In this document: one piece after another, positions 30,657 to 41,655 of the stretch | How positions within the stretch are numbered: position 1 is the stretch's first letter | Layout of the letters: every line of letters starts with the position of its first letter | Origin: Candidatus Latescibacterota bacterium | GTDB taxonomy: Bacteria; Latescibacterota; UBA2968; GCA-2709665 | NCBI GenBank assembly: GCA_963667175.2 | Contig: CAXXXF010000003.1 | Coordinates: forward strand, 448,001 to 512,000 | DNA: 64,000 nucleotides | Direction: 5' to 3' | Program-made: the position numbers and the translations under genes | The notes under the pieces: generated by a model | The model's database searches: none | What the model was told of the DNA's origin: nothing | Seen by the model: the letters and a program-made list of their open reading frames with translations, nothing else

Positions 30657-31980
30657 TCAGTTGTTGTGCTTCAGGCCATCCAGCAATTCGAGCGTCGCGG
30701 ATTTGATCAATCGTTCGCAGGCCGGCGTTATCATCAAGGTGCCGTAATATCGAAACGCGTGGTCAACCTCGTACCCGCCCTCCGGAAACGCCCCCGCCGT
30801 CGGCACGTATCCGATGCATCCGTTGCTGTACGCCAGCGTAAACGTCTTTTCGAACGGCGACGCCCGATCCATTTCCAGCTGATAGTCCACGAACATCTCG
30901 CCCGGATAAGCCACGAGCGCCGCCTCGCCGATGCGCATCGCCTGAATCTCGAACGCTTCCGGGCGGGGACGCCGGTTCCGGGCGGCGCGCAGATAGTCTT
31001 CCGCCCACTGGATCTGGCCGCGGTACTGACGAATGAGATAGTCGGTTGCGTCGGGGTCCTGCTCTGCCTGCCTTACCCGTGTCTTCTGCTCCTCGAGCGC
31101 GCGTTCCGCCTCGTCTGCCGGGGGAATTCTCGTGGGCAGATGGATCACCTGGCTGGCTGCCTCCAGTCGATTCGACCGCAACGCTTCGGAGCCCCGGGCA
31201 GCGGCGACGGCTGCCTCGCCCAGCAGTTCGCCTTGCCGCATGGACGTCCGCAACGTGCCGTCCATCGGCGTACAGTTGATGTCGCCGCAACAGCCCTGCG
31301 CAAACATTGGCAGCGCGCCGTCCAATTCACGACGGATCGTCCGCGCCGCATATCCCGGAAATTCCGCGCTGAATGCCAGGCCCCGCAGGTTGACGGGATG
31401 GGCCGCCGTCGCATATAGAAGCCCGAGTGCGGATTCCCGACCGGCGGTCGATGCGCAGCACGTCCACCCAGGGGGCTTCGGGGCCCTCCGGGTTGTGTCC
31501 GATTGTCATGCGGCCCGTCTCGTACGGCGCGGCGGTTATGGGCGATTCCTGACGGGAGCGCGTCCAATTCGTAGCGAAACGGCTTCAAGCCGGTCCGCAG
31601 CCATCCGGACGGCGCCTGCCACCTGCCGGCAAAGCACGTCTTCGTATGCACTGTCACGCAGGCCCATGCTGCGAAACGACATCACCGTGGGGCCGGAATG
31701 AGAGTGCGATCCGTTCAACAACAGGGCAGAACCGGGGTACTCTCGCCCCGCGACCGACCAGAATCCGTATCCGCTGAACGAGGTCGGGCGCAAACGAAAT
31801 CAGATCCGACGTTACGATCGCCAGCCGCGTCCGGCCGTCGTCGAGTACCAGCGCGCGTGCGAACAGGTCGTCGTAAACCGTTTCTGCCGGTCCTGCCCGG
31901 TTTCCGAATCCGCACAGTGACATGCCGATTGGCGGCGTAACGTTGACCTCGGCAACGCCGGCCTTCAGTTCGTCCGCCAC
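30657..31980 (-). CDS. Neutral/alkaline ceramidase-like hydrolase, four apparent +1 frameshifts
   Basis: AGVAEVNVTPP, DDLFARAL, SHSHSGP, AHPV, QGCCGDIN, PGEMF, GYVPT..AF.EGGYE spread over several frames. Confidence 0.75.
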
Positions 31981-32011
31981 GGGAACCTCCCAACCCGATC
32001 ACACAGACCGC

Positions 32012-33055
32012 TCATCCGGCTAAGAACTGCCCGTTACGGGCTTCGTACCTGGTTGGCTTGCCAAGCGTCGGGCCTCCATTCATCACCCAGGCAGCCACCC
32101 ATTCCATCATCTCGTCGGACGAGGTCCGGGGCAGTCCCATGAGATCGAACAACGCCCGGGAATTGCCCAGCAGGGCTGTCGGACGCTCCTCGCCCTCAAA
32201 TGCCGGCGCCCGCCCCATCAGCGCGCCGAGCTTAAGCGCGACGTCTCGCACCGGCAGCAGATCGGGACCGGTCAGATTGAGCACCCCGGGCGGGGCTCTC
32301 GCAGAGCGGAAAGCTCCGTGCAAGATAGGCGTTCGCGTCGCCCTGCCAGATCTGGTTTACATATCCCATGTTCAGGTCGATCGGTTTGTCCGCTCCAAAC
32401 CCTCTGGGGCGACGTCCAGAAACACGCCGTAGCGCAACTCCGTTGCGTAGAACAACCGGATAACGGCGAGCGGCGTTCCGTTCCGCTCCGCGTAGTATGC
32501 CGCGAGCCGCTCGCCCCCGAGGCGGGACTGAGCGTATTCCCCGATCGGATCCAGCGGCGACGACTCCACGGAGCCGCCCGTGTCAGGAGAGACAAACCGG
32601 TAGACGTTCCCCGAGGACACATACACGATCCTGGCGTCCGGAAACCGCTGCATCACCTTTCCGGGAAGCAGTGCGTTCATGGCCCAGGTCAGGGGCTCGT
32701 TCCCGGTGGAACCGAATTTGTGTCCCGCCAGCAGGATAATGTGACCCGCGTCGGGCAGACCTCGCAGCGCATCGTCATCAATCAGGTCGCAGCTTACGGT
32801 CCGTATGCCGCGGGCTTCCAGGTAGTCCCGATCGGCCGGATTGGAAAAACGCGAAACCCCGATGACGCCGCTGGCGCCCGATCGCGCCAGAAGCTCGCCA
32901 AGCGTCAACCCCATCTTGCCGGCAATGCCCAGGATCATCACCTCGCCGTCGATTCCGGATACAGCCTCCTGCACCTCGGGAATCGGTTGCGTCATCCGAT
33001 CGACCAGCGCGGTTTCGTTCTCTATGGGATCAAAGGCAAACTTCGACAATTCCAT
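32012..33055 (-). CDS. NAD-dependent epimerase/dehydratase, three apparent +1 frameshifts
   Basis: GIAGKMG, SSGNVY, YAQSR; corrected frame gives GYVNQIWQGDAN. Confidence 0.8.
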
Positions 33056-33347
33056 CGCCGTTCCCTCAGTTGCTGGACTCCCGCGCACACCGCGTCCGTC
33101 CAATAGACCGGCTACAGGGGACGATGACGACATTTCGCCGACGCCGGTCGCAGTGAACCGCCCTGGCCGTTTCTCGATCCGAAGTCCTTTTTGGCCGCGG
33201 GCAGAAATTCATAAGAATATATTTTAAATCAATACACCATTTTATTAACAAAACTAACGTCTTGTGCGCTAGACCACACAATATAGAGCGTAAGTCCTTC
33301 TCATACAACCGAAATCTGGAGTGCGCATGCAGGGGGAGGCAAAAGAG

Positions 33348-33376
33348 TTGACTTTGATTCGACAGAATCATACGTT
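33348..33376 (+). promoter_or_regulatory. Promoter with palindromic operator in spacer
   Basis: TTGACT-N17-TACGTT; spacer contains TGATTC-gaca-GAATCA. Confidence 0.5.
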
Positions 33377-33465
33377 AATCCAATCCCGCGTTCCTGGAAA
33401 GCCGGACCTCGGGTCCGGTTGTGAAGGCAGGAATGCCCGTTTCCCGAGGGGACGGTAAATCAGCT

Positions 33466-35229
33466 ATGGATTTCCTCGTCCGGTTCTACCGCATTCTGGA
33501 AGGCAAACGTCTTCTCGTCGCCCTCACCGTCGCGTGCGGACTCCTGTTTGCCGCCGCCAACCTTCTGCCACCGCTGCTCATCAGAGAACTCATCCGCTGG
33601 CTGACGGAAGGCGCCGCCGGCGCCGATCTGCTTCGGATCAGCCTGCTTCTTGCAGGGGTCTACCTTTTCAGGGGTGCAACCAGATACGGTTATGGATTCT
33701 TTTCCCACATTGCCGCCTATCGCGTGATGCATGATCTGATGGTGAGGATTTACCGACACCTGCAGAACCTTCCCCACCGGTTTTTCAACAAGCAGCGGAC
33801 AGGAAATCTCATCTCAAGATCGATCAACGACGTCGAAGCCCTCGAAGACTTCGTGGCTCACGGCGTCCCTGAGACGGCGCTGGCTGCGATCATACCCCTT
33901 TCAATGACCGTTGTGCTGTTCACCCTGAACCCTGAGCTCGCCCTCATCACCCTCATCCCCATTCCGCTGACAACCTTCCTGGTATACCGATACGTTTCAA
34001 AGGTACGCGCCCTCTGGAGCGCGGTGCGGGCGCACCTGGCCGACCTGATCGCGCTTGTCCAGGACAGCTTCGCCGGCATCCCGGTAATCAAGTCATTCGC
34101 GCAGGAACACCGGCGCGCCCGCCTTGTCGAAGCCCAGAGCCGGAAGTTCAGGGACAGCAGCGTTACTGCCAACCGAATCTCGCTTCTACCCGCCGGCATC
34201 ATCGAGGCCACCGGCGGAATCGGTATCGTTCTGGTGATCTGGAGCGGCGGCGAAATGGCGCTGGAAGGCGTGATTTCTGTTGCGGACCTCTTTGTGTTCA
34301 TCGTCTACATGGGGCATATATATCAGCCATTTCTCCAACTCGCGTCATTCAACGACGTCCTGCAGAAAGCGGCGGCGAGCACCGACCGCGTTACCGAGCT
34401 CCTCGCCGTTGAATCGGACGTCCGTGACGCCCCGGACGCCGTTACGCCGCAAGCCATGTCCTGGGACGTCCGGTTCCTGGACGTCACCTTCGGATACGAT
34501 CCCGGGAATCCCGTGCTCTCCGGCGTCGACTTCCACGCAGACGAGGGTGAAATCATCGCACTTGTCGGGCCCACGGGCGCCGGAAAGACCACCGTTGTCA
34601 ATCTGATCCCTCGCTTTTACGACCCGCAAAGCGGCGGTGTCTTCATCGGAGGGCACGACGTCCGCACCCTTCCACTGGCCTGCCTTCGCTCACGGATCGC
34701 GACCGTGTTTCAGGACGTCTTTCTGTTCCACGCCACCGTGCGCGAGAATCTGCTCTTCGGTCGTCCGGACGCGACGGACCGGCAGGTCCGCGAAGCGGCG
34801 CGTGCGGCCAATGCGGAAGAATTCATCCTGGATCTTCCCGATGGCTACGACACCCTTGTCGGGGAGCGGGGCGTCCGGTTGTCCGGCGGGCAGAAACAGC
34901 GGCTTTCCATCGCCCGTGCCGTACTGAAAGACGCGCCGATCCTGATCCTTGACGAAGCCACGTCCTCTGTGGACGCCGAGACCGAAATCCTCATTCAGGA
35001 AGCCATCGCGCGTCTGACGCGCCACCGCACCACGATTGTGATCGCGCACCGGTTATCGACCGTGCGAAATGCGGACAAGATTCTCGTCTGTGACGGGGGT
35101 CGCATTGTCGAATCCGGCGCCCACGAGAAGCTGATGGACCACGATGGCCACTATGCGCGCATGGTACGGACGCAGGAGATTTCCCGCGGCTGGCGGATTC
35201 CCCAGGCAAGGGAAAACGCGGCCGACTAA
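33466..35229 (+). CDS. ABC exporter, fused permease/ATPase (MsbA/MdlB-like)
   Basis: TM domain plus GPTGAGKT, LSGGQKQR, ILDEATS. Confidence 0.93.
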   Translation: MDFLVRFYRILEGKRLLVALTVACGLLFAAANLLPPLLIRELIRWLTEGAAGADLLRISLLLAGVYLFRGATRYGYGFFSHIAAYRVMHDLMVRIYRHLQNLPHRFFNKQRTGNLISRSINDVEALEDFVAHGVPETALAAIIPLSMTVVLFTLNPELALITLIPIPLTTFLVYRYVSKVRALWSAVRAHLADLIALVQDSFAGIPVIKSFAQEHRRARLVEAQSRKFRDSSVTANRISLLPAGIIEATGGIGIVLVIWSGGEMALEGVISVADLFVFIVYMGHIYQPFLQLASFNDVLQKAAASTDRVTELLAVESDVRDAPDAVTPQAMSWDVRFLDVTFGYDPGNPVLSGVDFHADEGEIIALVGPTGAGKTTVVNLIPRFYDPQSGGVFIGGHDVRTLPLACLRSRIATVFQDVFLFHATVRENLLFGRPDATDRQVREAARAANAEEFILDLPDGYDTLVGERGVRLSGGQKQRLSIARAVLKDAPILILDEATSSVDAETEILIQEAIARLTRHRTTIVIAHRLSTVRNADKILVCDGGRIVESGAHEKLMDHDGHYARMVRTQEISRGWRIPQARENAAD

Positions 35230-35340
35230 AGCAACGGCCGGAATGTCTATGCAGATCCATAGTCGTGCCTCCAATTGCCGGTGTTTCGCAAACGGCACAA
35301 TATATACACGCGCCGCCACCGGAAAAGCGCAAAATGCCCG

Positions 35341-35369
35341 TTGACATCCCGCCTTCCTTGACCTACATT
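35341..35369 (+). promoter_or_regulatory. sigma70-type promoter
   Basis: TTGACA-N17-TACATT. Confidence 0.55.
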
Positions 35370-35390
35370 GCATCCCGCTCGATTTCTTAT

Positions 35391-35459
35391 CAGTCCGTTG
35401 AAAAAGTCGCTCCGCAGGCGAAGCCGGACGTAACCCGGATGGACTTTTTCATCGGGCTG
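35391..35459. mobile_element. MITE copy B (69 bp, inverted orientation)
   Basis: CAGTCCGTTGAAAAAGTCGCTC ... GGATGGACTTTTTCATCGGGCTG match both ends of copies A/D; flanks TTAT/CTAT. Confidence 0.75.
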
Positions 35460-35503
35460 CTATGGTCGCGGCCCGCGGGGTTCGGCAAATACAGAGGCGG
35501 TGA

Positions 35504-36646
35504 ATGAAGAAAGGGAAGTTCGGTTTCGGGATTATCGGCTGCGGGGTGATCGCCCCCACACATCGCCAGGCCATCGATGCCTGCGACGCGGCCGAGCTCG
35601 TAGCGGTCTGCGATACCGACGAAAAGCAGATCCGGTCGTTTCTCGCCGGCATGGATGGCGCCGCGACAGAGATTCGCACGTATTCAGACCACAGAGAACT
35701 GGTTCAGGACCGGAACGTGGACGTCGTCAGCGTCTGTACGCCCTCCGGGCTGCACTGGGAAGGCGTGACCGCGGCCGCGAGGGCCGGCAGGCACGTGCTG
35801 TGCGAGAAGCCTCTCGAAATCGACGCCGGCCGCATGACCGACATGACGGTGACCTGCCGCGAAGCCGGGGTGAAGCTCGGATGCGTCTTCCAGAGCCGCG
35901 CCAGTCCGGACATGATGAGGGCACGCAAAGCCATTCAGGACGGCCTGCTGGGTCGGATGATTCTGGCTGACGCCTATCTCAAAGACTATCGGTCTCGCGC
36001 CTACTACCAGAGCGCGGGCTGGAGGGGCACCTGGTCGCTGGACGGCGGCGGCGCTCTCATGAACCAGGGCGTTCACGGCGTCGACCTTCTCCTCTGGCTT
36101 ACGGGAAGCCCGGTTGAATCGGTATTCGCGCGGGCAGAGCATAAGGTGCGCGACATCGAAGTGGAAGACACGGCCGTGGCCAATCTGAAATTTGGAAACG
36201 GCGCGTTCGGTGCCCTCATCGGAACCACGTCGTGCAACCCCGGCGAAGCCCGCCGCATCGAGTTGCACGGAGACCGCGGCACCATCACGGTAAGCGGAAG
36301 TTCGATTTCCCGCTGGGCGAACACCCGGGAAGAAGACGGCCGCGCCGAAGACACCGAACCGCCCAGAGCAATCGAAACCGAGGGCGCCGTGGCCGACCCC
36401 GGTGACATCGGCAGCGCCGGCCACGTCTTCCTGGTGGAAGACCTTGTCCGGGCAATCGAAGAAGACCGCGACCCCTACGTTAGCGGCGAATCCGCCCGCG
36501 GCGCCGTGGACCTTATCCTCGCGGTCTACGAGTCCGCACGAACGGGCGGGGAAGTCGAAGTCCGGCGCCCCGGGCTGATCCATACGGTACCGGCGCGGCA
36601 TGCCGCGTTCCGACACGCGAAAAGGAATGTTGCACAAAATGGCTGA
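35504..36646 (+). CDS. Gfo/Idh/MocA oxidoreductase
   Basis: GIIGCG, CEKP, GGGALMNQGVH. Confidence 0.93.
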   Translation: MKKGKFGFGIIGCGVIAPTHRQAIDACDAAELVAVCDTDEKQIRSFLAGMDGAATEIRTYSDHRELVQDRNVDVVSVCTPSGLHWEGVTAAARAGRHVLCEKPLEIDAGRMTDMTVTCREAGVKLGCVFQSRASPDMMRARKAIQDGLLGRMILADAYLKDYRSRAYYQSAGWRGTWSLDGGGALMNQGVHGVDLLLWLTGSPVESVFARAEHKVRDIEVEDTAVANLKFGNGAFGALIGTTSCNPGEARRIELHGDRGTITVSGSSISRWANTREEDGRAEDTEPPRAIETEGAVADPGDIGSAGHVFLVEDLVRAIEEDRDPYVSGESARGAVDLILAVYESARTGGEVEVRRPGLIHTVPARHAAFRHAKRNVAQNG

Positions 36647-37706
36647 AGACACCAAACTCGGCTGGGGCATCATTGGCGCCGGCATGATCGCGGGGCATTT
36701 CAGGTCGGCAATCGAAGCCTGCCCGAGCGCGGAACTGGTCGCGGTCTGCAACTATAACGAAGACAAGGGAAGGCAGTTCGCAGCCGAGTCCGGCGGCATC
36801 CGATTCTACAAGCATTATCAGGACCTGGTCGCGGATCCGGACGTGCGGATCGCCGGCATCTGTACCCCGTCAGGCATGCACGCGGACAACGTGATTGCGG
36901 CCGCCGGGGCCGGCGTGCATTCCCTGTGCGAGAAACCGCTGGACGTCACGCGTGAGAAAATGGACCGGATGATCGGAGCCTGCCGCGATGCCGGCGTCAA
37001 ACTCGGCTGTATTTTCCAAAGTCGAACCAGCGATGAAGCCATCAAGGTGCGAAACGCCATCAGGAACGGAGATCTGGGCAATCTCGTGCTGGCCGACGCC
37101 CTGTTGAAGAACTATCGCTCACAAGAGTACTACAACAGCGCGGGTTGGCGCGGCACGTGGAAACACGACGGCGGCGGCGCACTGATGAACCAGGGGGTCC
37201 ACGGCGTGGACCTTCTGCTGTGGCTGATCGACGACGACGTGGAATCCGTGTTCGCTCGCGCCGAACACAAGGTGCGCGACATCGAGGTGGAGGACACAGC
37301 CGTCGCCACCATCAAATACAGGAGCGGCGCGTTCGGAACGCTTATCGGCACGACGTCCTGCAACCCGGGAGAGGCGACTCGGCTTGAAATCCACGGTGAC
37401 TCCGGGACCATCACCCTGAGCGGTACCGAAATCACGCGCTGGGCCACCGCCACCGAGGAAGACGGACGCGCCGTCGACGCGTTTCCCCCGAGGCAGATCG
37501 CCGCGGCCGGCAACGTGGGCGCCGCCAGCGCCGTCGCGCCCGGCCACGGCTTTCTGGTAGACGACATCACGCGCGCCGTCCTGGAAGACCGCGAGCCCCA
37601 TATCCCGGGCGAGTCGGCGCGGAAGTCCGTGGACCTGATCCTGGCGATCTACGAATCCGCAAAGACCGGTCGGGAAATTGCCATGGACGCGTGGCAGACG
37701 TCCTGA
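36639..37706 (+). CDS. Gfo/Idh/MocA oxidoreductase (tandem paralog)
   Basis: GIIGAG, CEKP, GGGALMNQGVH. Confidence 0.93.
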   Translation: MAEDTKLGWGIIGAGMIAGHFRSAIEACPSAELVAVCNYNEDKGRQFAAESGGIRFYKHYQDLVADPDVRIAGICTPSGMHADNVIAAAGAGVHSLCEKPLDVTREKMDRMIGACRDAGVKLGCIFQSRTSDEAIKVRNAIRNGDLGNLVLADALLKNYRSQEYYNSAGWRGTWKHDGGGALMNQGVHGVDLLLWLIDDDVESVFARAEHKVRDIEVEDTAVATIKYRSGAFGTLIGTTSCNPGEATRLEIHGDSGTITLSGTEITRWATATEEDGRAVDAFPPRQIAAAGNVGAASAVAPGHGFLVDDITRAVLEDREPHIPGESARKSVDLILAIYESAKTGREIAMDAWQTS

Positions 37707-37741
37707 TCCGGGGCGGAACACTGCGTCACGCAAACACAGCG

Positions 37742-37784
37742 AAAGGAACAGCCGGTTGCGACACCTGCAACCGGCTGTTCCTTT
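37742..37784. terminator. Bidirectional terminator
   Basis: Perfect 18-bp stem AAAGGAACAGCCGGTTGC/GCAACCGGCTGTTCCTTT between convergent genes. Confidence 0.8.
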
Positions 37785-37806
37785 TCTTTCCTGGTGTACG
37801 GCGGAT

Positions 37807-38880
37807 TCAGGCGCCGGCGTCTCCCAATGCCACGACCCGTCCCGTTTCCGCGGACGCATAGATCGCTTCCACCACTTCCACGGCGCGAAGCCCGTCGATG
37901 CCGGATATCCCAGGAGGTCTCCCGTCCAGAATCGCGTCGACCGTCTCGCTCAGATAGACCCGGCCCGAAACACCGCCGTAGCCCTCTACCGCACCCGAGG
38001 CGACTCTCAACGTCTTCCGCGGTCCACCCGGGAAGTCAGGGTGGTCGCTCACCACGAAGACTTCGTCCGCCGTACCTCCCCAGGCCGGACTCCAGGAAAC
38101 CGTACCCAGGGCGCCTCGAAGGCCAATGAAGAGGTCCCTGCCGGCGGGATAGGCATCCGGTACGGAATAGCTGATGTCCAGCGTGGCTGTTGCGCCCCGG
38201 TTGAATCTTACGATGCCGAAACTGTTGTCTTCAATGTCCAGGTGATGCTGCTGATGGCTCACCATGCCGGTCGCCTGTCCGACTTCGTCCTGAAGGAACC
38301 ACCTGAACAGATCGATCCAATGGGTTCCCAGGTTGTGCATCGGGCCGCCCCCGGCGATCGCCCGCTGATTCAGCCATGGTGAAATTCCGTCATCCAGGTA
38401 CCGGAGGGGGGAGCCCGCGGCGCAACGCCCCTCGAGCGCCACAATCTGCCCCAGAAAGCCGCGGTCGACGAGTTCCTTGATCTTTCTGGATGCCGGATGC
38501 GCGCGCCAGCAGTAGGGCGAGGAGAGCGCCACGTCCGCCGCTTCCGTGGCCGCGATCATGCGCCGGATGCCCCCGGACGTATCGGCCATCGGTTTCTCGA
38601 CAACCACGTGCTTGCCGGCCGCCGCCGCCCGTTCCACCGCGTCGGGGCACTCCGCGTGCGGCAGCAGGATCACCGCGAGGCCGATATCCTCCCGCGCGAG
38701 AAGCCTGTTGTAATCCTCGTACCCTTCGATCCCGGTCTGACCGCACACCCGCTTCAGAACCACCGGATCCGCCTCCGCGACGGACCGCACCTCCGTCCGG
38801 GCGATGGCGTCAAAATGCGGAAGATAGTCCAGGGAATGAAGATGGTGAAATCCGATGATCCCGACCCCGAGCCTCTCCAT
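37807..38880 (-). CDS. Gfo/Idh/MocA oxidoreductase
   Basis: GVGIIG, VEKP, GGGPMHNLGTH. Confidence 0.9.
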   Translation of the reverse strand: MERLGVGIIGFHHLHSLDYLPHFDAIARTEVRSVAEADPVVLKRVCGQTGIEGYEDYNRLLAREDIGLAVILLPHAECPDAVERAAAAGKHVVVEKPMADTSGGIRRMIAATEAADVALSSPYCWRAHPASRKIKELVDRGFLGQIVALEGRCAAGSPLRYLDDGISPWLNQRAIAGGGPMHNLGTHWIDLFRWFLQDEVGQATGMVSHQQHHLDIEDNSFGIVRFNRGATATLDISYSVPDAYPAGRDLFIGLRGALGTVSWSPAWGGTADEVFVVSDHPDFPGGPRKTLRVASGAVEGYGGVSGRVYLSETVDAILDGRPPGISGIDGLRAVEVVEAIYASAETGRVVALGDAGA

Positions 38881-38944
38881 CGAATCGCATTCTCCGTTTC
38901 TGCCGGCCGCGTCTCTTCCGCTCGCGACTTCCGGCGATAAACGT

Positions 38945-40180
38945 TCAGCCGCACCAATCCACGATGGCGCGCGCAAGTACCTCGGCCCCGTCAGCCAGGC
39001 GTTGAACGGGGATCTGCTCCTGGCTGGAGTGGGCTACGCCCAGCGTTCCCGCGCCGATCACCACCGCGGGTACGCCAATCAGATTCGTGTAGAACCACGC
39101 ATCGCACGACGCGGGCATCGCCGCCACCTCGACGGGCTGTCCGCTCGCCAGGCAGGCCCGTTCCAGCGTGCTTACGATGGGATGATCGACAGGGACTTCG
39201 TTGCAGTCGTGCCGGTACATGAACTCCATATCGAAATGGTCCGGGAGCCAGTCGCCACCCTCGGCCTTCAACGCCTCCTCCATCTCGCGCATTACCTCTT
39301 CTTTCGTACGCGTCGGCAGGAATCCGAGAACGCCCTTGAACGTCGCCTTTCTCGGCGCCATTGCCGGCCAGTCCCCTGCCTCCAGCGTGCCAATCGTAAT
39401 GGGCATCGGGTTGTCGTACGCGTCGTAGAGCGGGTGCCCCCTGGATTCCGCCAACAACCTGCCGTGGTATCCCTCCAGAATCTCAATGGCCCGCACGGCC
39501 TCCTTCAGCGCGCTCACCGTTCGCCCCGCCTGACCGCTGTGACCCGCCCTTCCGTAGACGTTAACCGTGAACCATACCGCTCCGCGGACCGACGGAAGGA
39601 TCTTCAATTCGGACGGCTCCAGCACCAGCGCAGCATCGGCGCGGTCGTCGCCGCGCACAAAGGCCAGCGTTCCGTTGCCGCCGCATTCCTCCTCGATCAC
39701 CAGGTGCCCGATCAGATCCCCCTTGAGCTCGATTCCCATCTCTTCGAGGGCGGCGAGCGTCAGATAGAACATGGCGGCCTGACCCTTGCAGTCGCACGCG
39801 CCGCGGCCGAATACGACCCCGTCTTCAACGCGCCCGTCGAACGGCCGGTCCTGGCCCGACGACGCCGGCACGACGTCCAGGTGGGTATTCACGATCAACG
39901 ACCGCCCCCCGCCGGTTCCCTTTCTGCGTACCCTCAGATTCGGGCGATCCGCGTAGGTAATATCCGGCAGCCGGAACGAATAGTCGGGGTCCTCCTGAAT
40001 GGAGTCCGAGACCGGTACCAGTTCGTGTTCGTCCACGACCCCGTTCATCCGCGCGTGCAGCAGGCGCACCGCACGTCCTTCGTCTCCGCGCACGGACGGA
40101 ATGCGAATCAGTTCGCAGAGCAGTCCGACGGCCTCTTCCCTGTGAGTCTCGATTGCCGCTCTCAATTGCCGATTATCCAA
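38945..40180 (-). CDS. M20 / ArgE-DapE family deacylase
   Basis: NTHLDVVP, GRGACDCKG, IEEE, AGHSG, AHSSQE. Confidence 0.9.
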   Translation of the reverse strand: MDNRQLRAAIETHREEAVGLLCELIRIPSVRGDEGRAVRLLHARMNGVVDEHELVPVSDSIQEDPDYSFRLPDITYADRPNLRVRRKGTGGGRSLIVNTHLDVVPASSGQDRPFDGRVEDGVVFGRGACDCKGQAAMFYLTLAALEEMGIELKGDLIGHLVIEEECGGNGTLAFVRGDDRADAALVLEPSELKILPSVRGAVWFTVNVYGRAGHSGQAGRTVSALKEAVRAIEILEGYHGRLLAESRGHPLYDAYDNPMPITIGTLEAGDWPAMAPRKATFKGVLGFLPTRTKEEVMREMEEALKAEGGDWLPDHFDMEFMYRHDCNEVPVDHPIVSTLERACLASGQPVEVAAMPASCDAWFYTNLIGVPAVVIGAGTLGVAHSSQEQIPVQRLADGAEVLARAIVDWCG

Positions 40181-40282
40181 GACCGCACTCCCCGGATCCG
40201 GCCCGCGCCTTCCCCCACTCCGGATCCTCAGTTGCCGGGACGGCATGGCCGGTCGTCCCGTTTCCGACACGGTTCCGCCAGG

Positions 40283-41620
40283 TCACCCGGCGACTTCCGC
40301 CAGCGCACGGTCGAGGATGTCGATGCCCATCTCCGCCTCGCTTTCCGAAATCACCAGCGGCGGCGCGATCCGTACGACGTTTCCGTATAACCCGACCTTG
40401 CCGAGTAGAAGGCCGTGCGCTCCCGCCGTGAGCAGCACCTCGGACGTCAGGTCCGGCGCGGGCGTTTTCTCCTCGGGATCCAGTACGAACTCCAGCCCGA
40501 TCACGAGCCCCTGCCCGCGCACGTCGCCCAGAATCTCGTGTTTCGCCATCAGTTCCCTGAACCGTGCCATCATATAGTCGCCCACGCGTTGCGCGTTTTC
40601 CGGCAACGTCTCCTCTTCCATCACGTCCAGGACAGCGTGGGAGGCAGCGCTGGCCAGCGGATTGCCGCCGCAGGTGCTGGACATCTCACCGACCCCCATG
40701 CACTCGAAAATAACGCTCTCGCCGGCAAGCGCGGACGCCGGCATTCCACTGCCGATGCCCTTGCCCAGACAGACCATATTGGGTTGCAGGTCCTCCCACT
40801 CCAGCGCAAACAGCTTTCCGGTGCGCCCGAACGACGATTGCACCTCATCCAGAATGAAGACCATCCCCCGCTCACGCGCCCACGCCTCCAGCCCCTTCAG
40901 CCACCCGGCCGGCGGAAAGATAAAACCCGCGCCGCCCTGATAGGGCTCGGTGATGACGGCGCCCACGTCGCCCGTGGACGTGGAATCGATGATGCGGTCC
41001 AGGTTCTCCAGGCAGCGTTGCGCGCACTCCTCTTCCGTTTCACTATCGTAAAAATCCCGATAGAAGTAGGGAAACGGCGCCAGTATTCCGCCCGGGAGTT
41101 GCGGGCCGAACGCGCGTTTCGTCTTCATATTTCCAGCCACGCTCATCGGTCCGTACGTGCGTCCGTGAAATCCCCCGTAGAACGAAAGCACCTCGTGCTT
41201 GCCCGTGAACCGTTTTGCAATGCGGATCGCCGCCTCCGTCGCCTCGGCGCCCGTCGTAAGCAGGAAGGTCTGATCGATGTTTTCGGGCAACAGGTCGGTC
41301 AGTCGTTTCGACAGCGTCACGCGTTCCGGCGTCGGAAACGAATAACAGTTCATCAGCCGCCCGGCCTGTTCCCGTATGCTCTCCACGTGGCGAGGGTGGG
41401 AGTGCCCCAGATTGGTGACCAGCACGCCGGAGGTGAAGTCGAGAAACCGGTTGCCGTCCACGTCCCACACCCAGACGCCCTCGCCGTGGTCCCACACCAC
41501 CGGCACCTGATCGGCCATGCACGGCGGCTCGTATTCCCTGGAAACGTCGAGCAATTCGGCCGACCGGGGTCCCGGAATCTTCCGCTTCTCCAATGTGATC
41601 GCGTTCGCCGCCCGCGCCAT
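40283..41620 (-). CDS. Class III PLP aminotransferase (GabT-like)
   Basis: LDFTSG, GAEATE, FHGRT, DEVQSSFGRTG, GKGIGSG. Confidence 0.92.
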   Translation of the reverse strand: MARAANAITLEKRKIPGPRSAELLDVSREYEPPCMADQVPVVWDHGEGVWVWDVDGNRFLDFTSGVLVTNLGHSHPRHVESIREQAGRLMNCYSFPTPERVTLSKRLTDLLPENIDQTFLLTTGAEATEAAIRIAKRFTGKHEVLSFYGGFHGRTYGPMSVAGNMKTKRAFGPQLPGGILAPFPYFYRDFYDSETEEECAQRCLENLDRIIDSTSTGDVGAVITEPYQGGAGFIFPPAGWLKGLEAWARERGMVFILDEVQSSFGRTGKLFALEWEDLQPNMVCLGKGIGSGMPASALAGESVIFECMGVGEMSSTCGGNPLASAASHAVLDVMEEETLPENAQRVGDYMMARFRELMAKHEILGDVRGQGLVIGLEFVLDPEEKTPAPDLTSEVLLTAGAHGLLLGKVGLYGNVVRIAPPLVISESEAEMGIDILDRALAEVAG

Positions 41621-41655
41621 ATCAGATCTCCCGACAGGTTGATGCGCCCGTAAGT

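Noticed and set aside
30657-33055. Programmed frameshifting or true pseudogenes
   Set aside because: Too many shifts, all +1 in short homopolymers with no nonsense codons; assembly error is simpler
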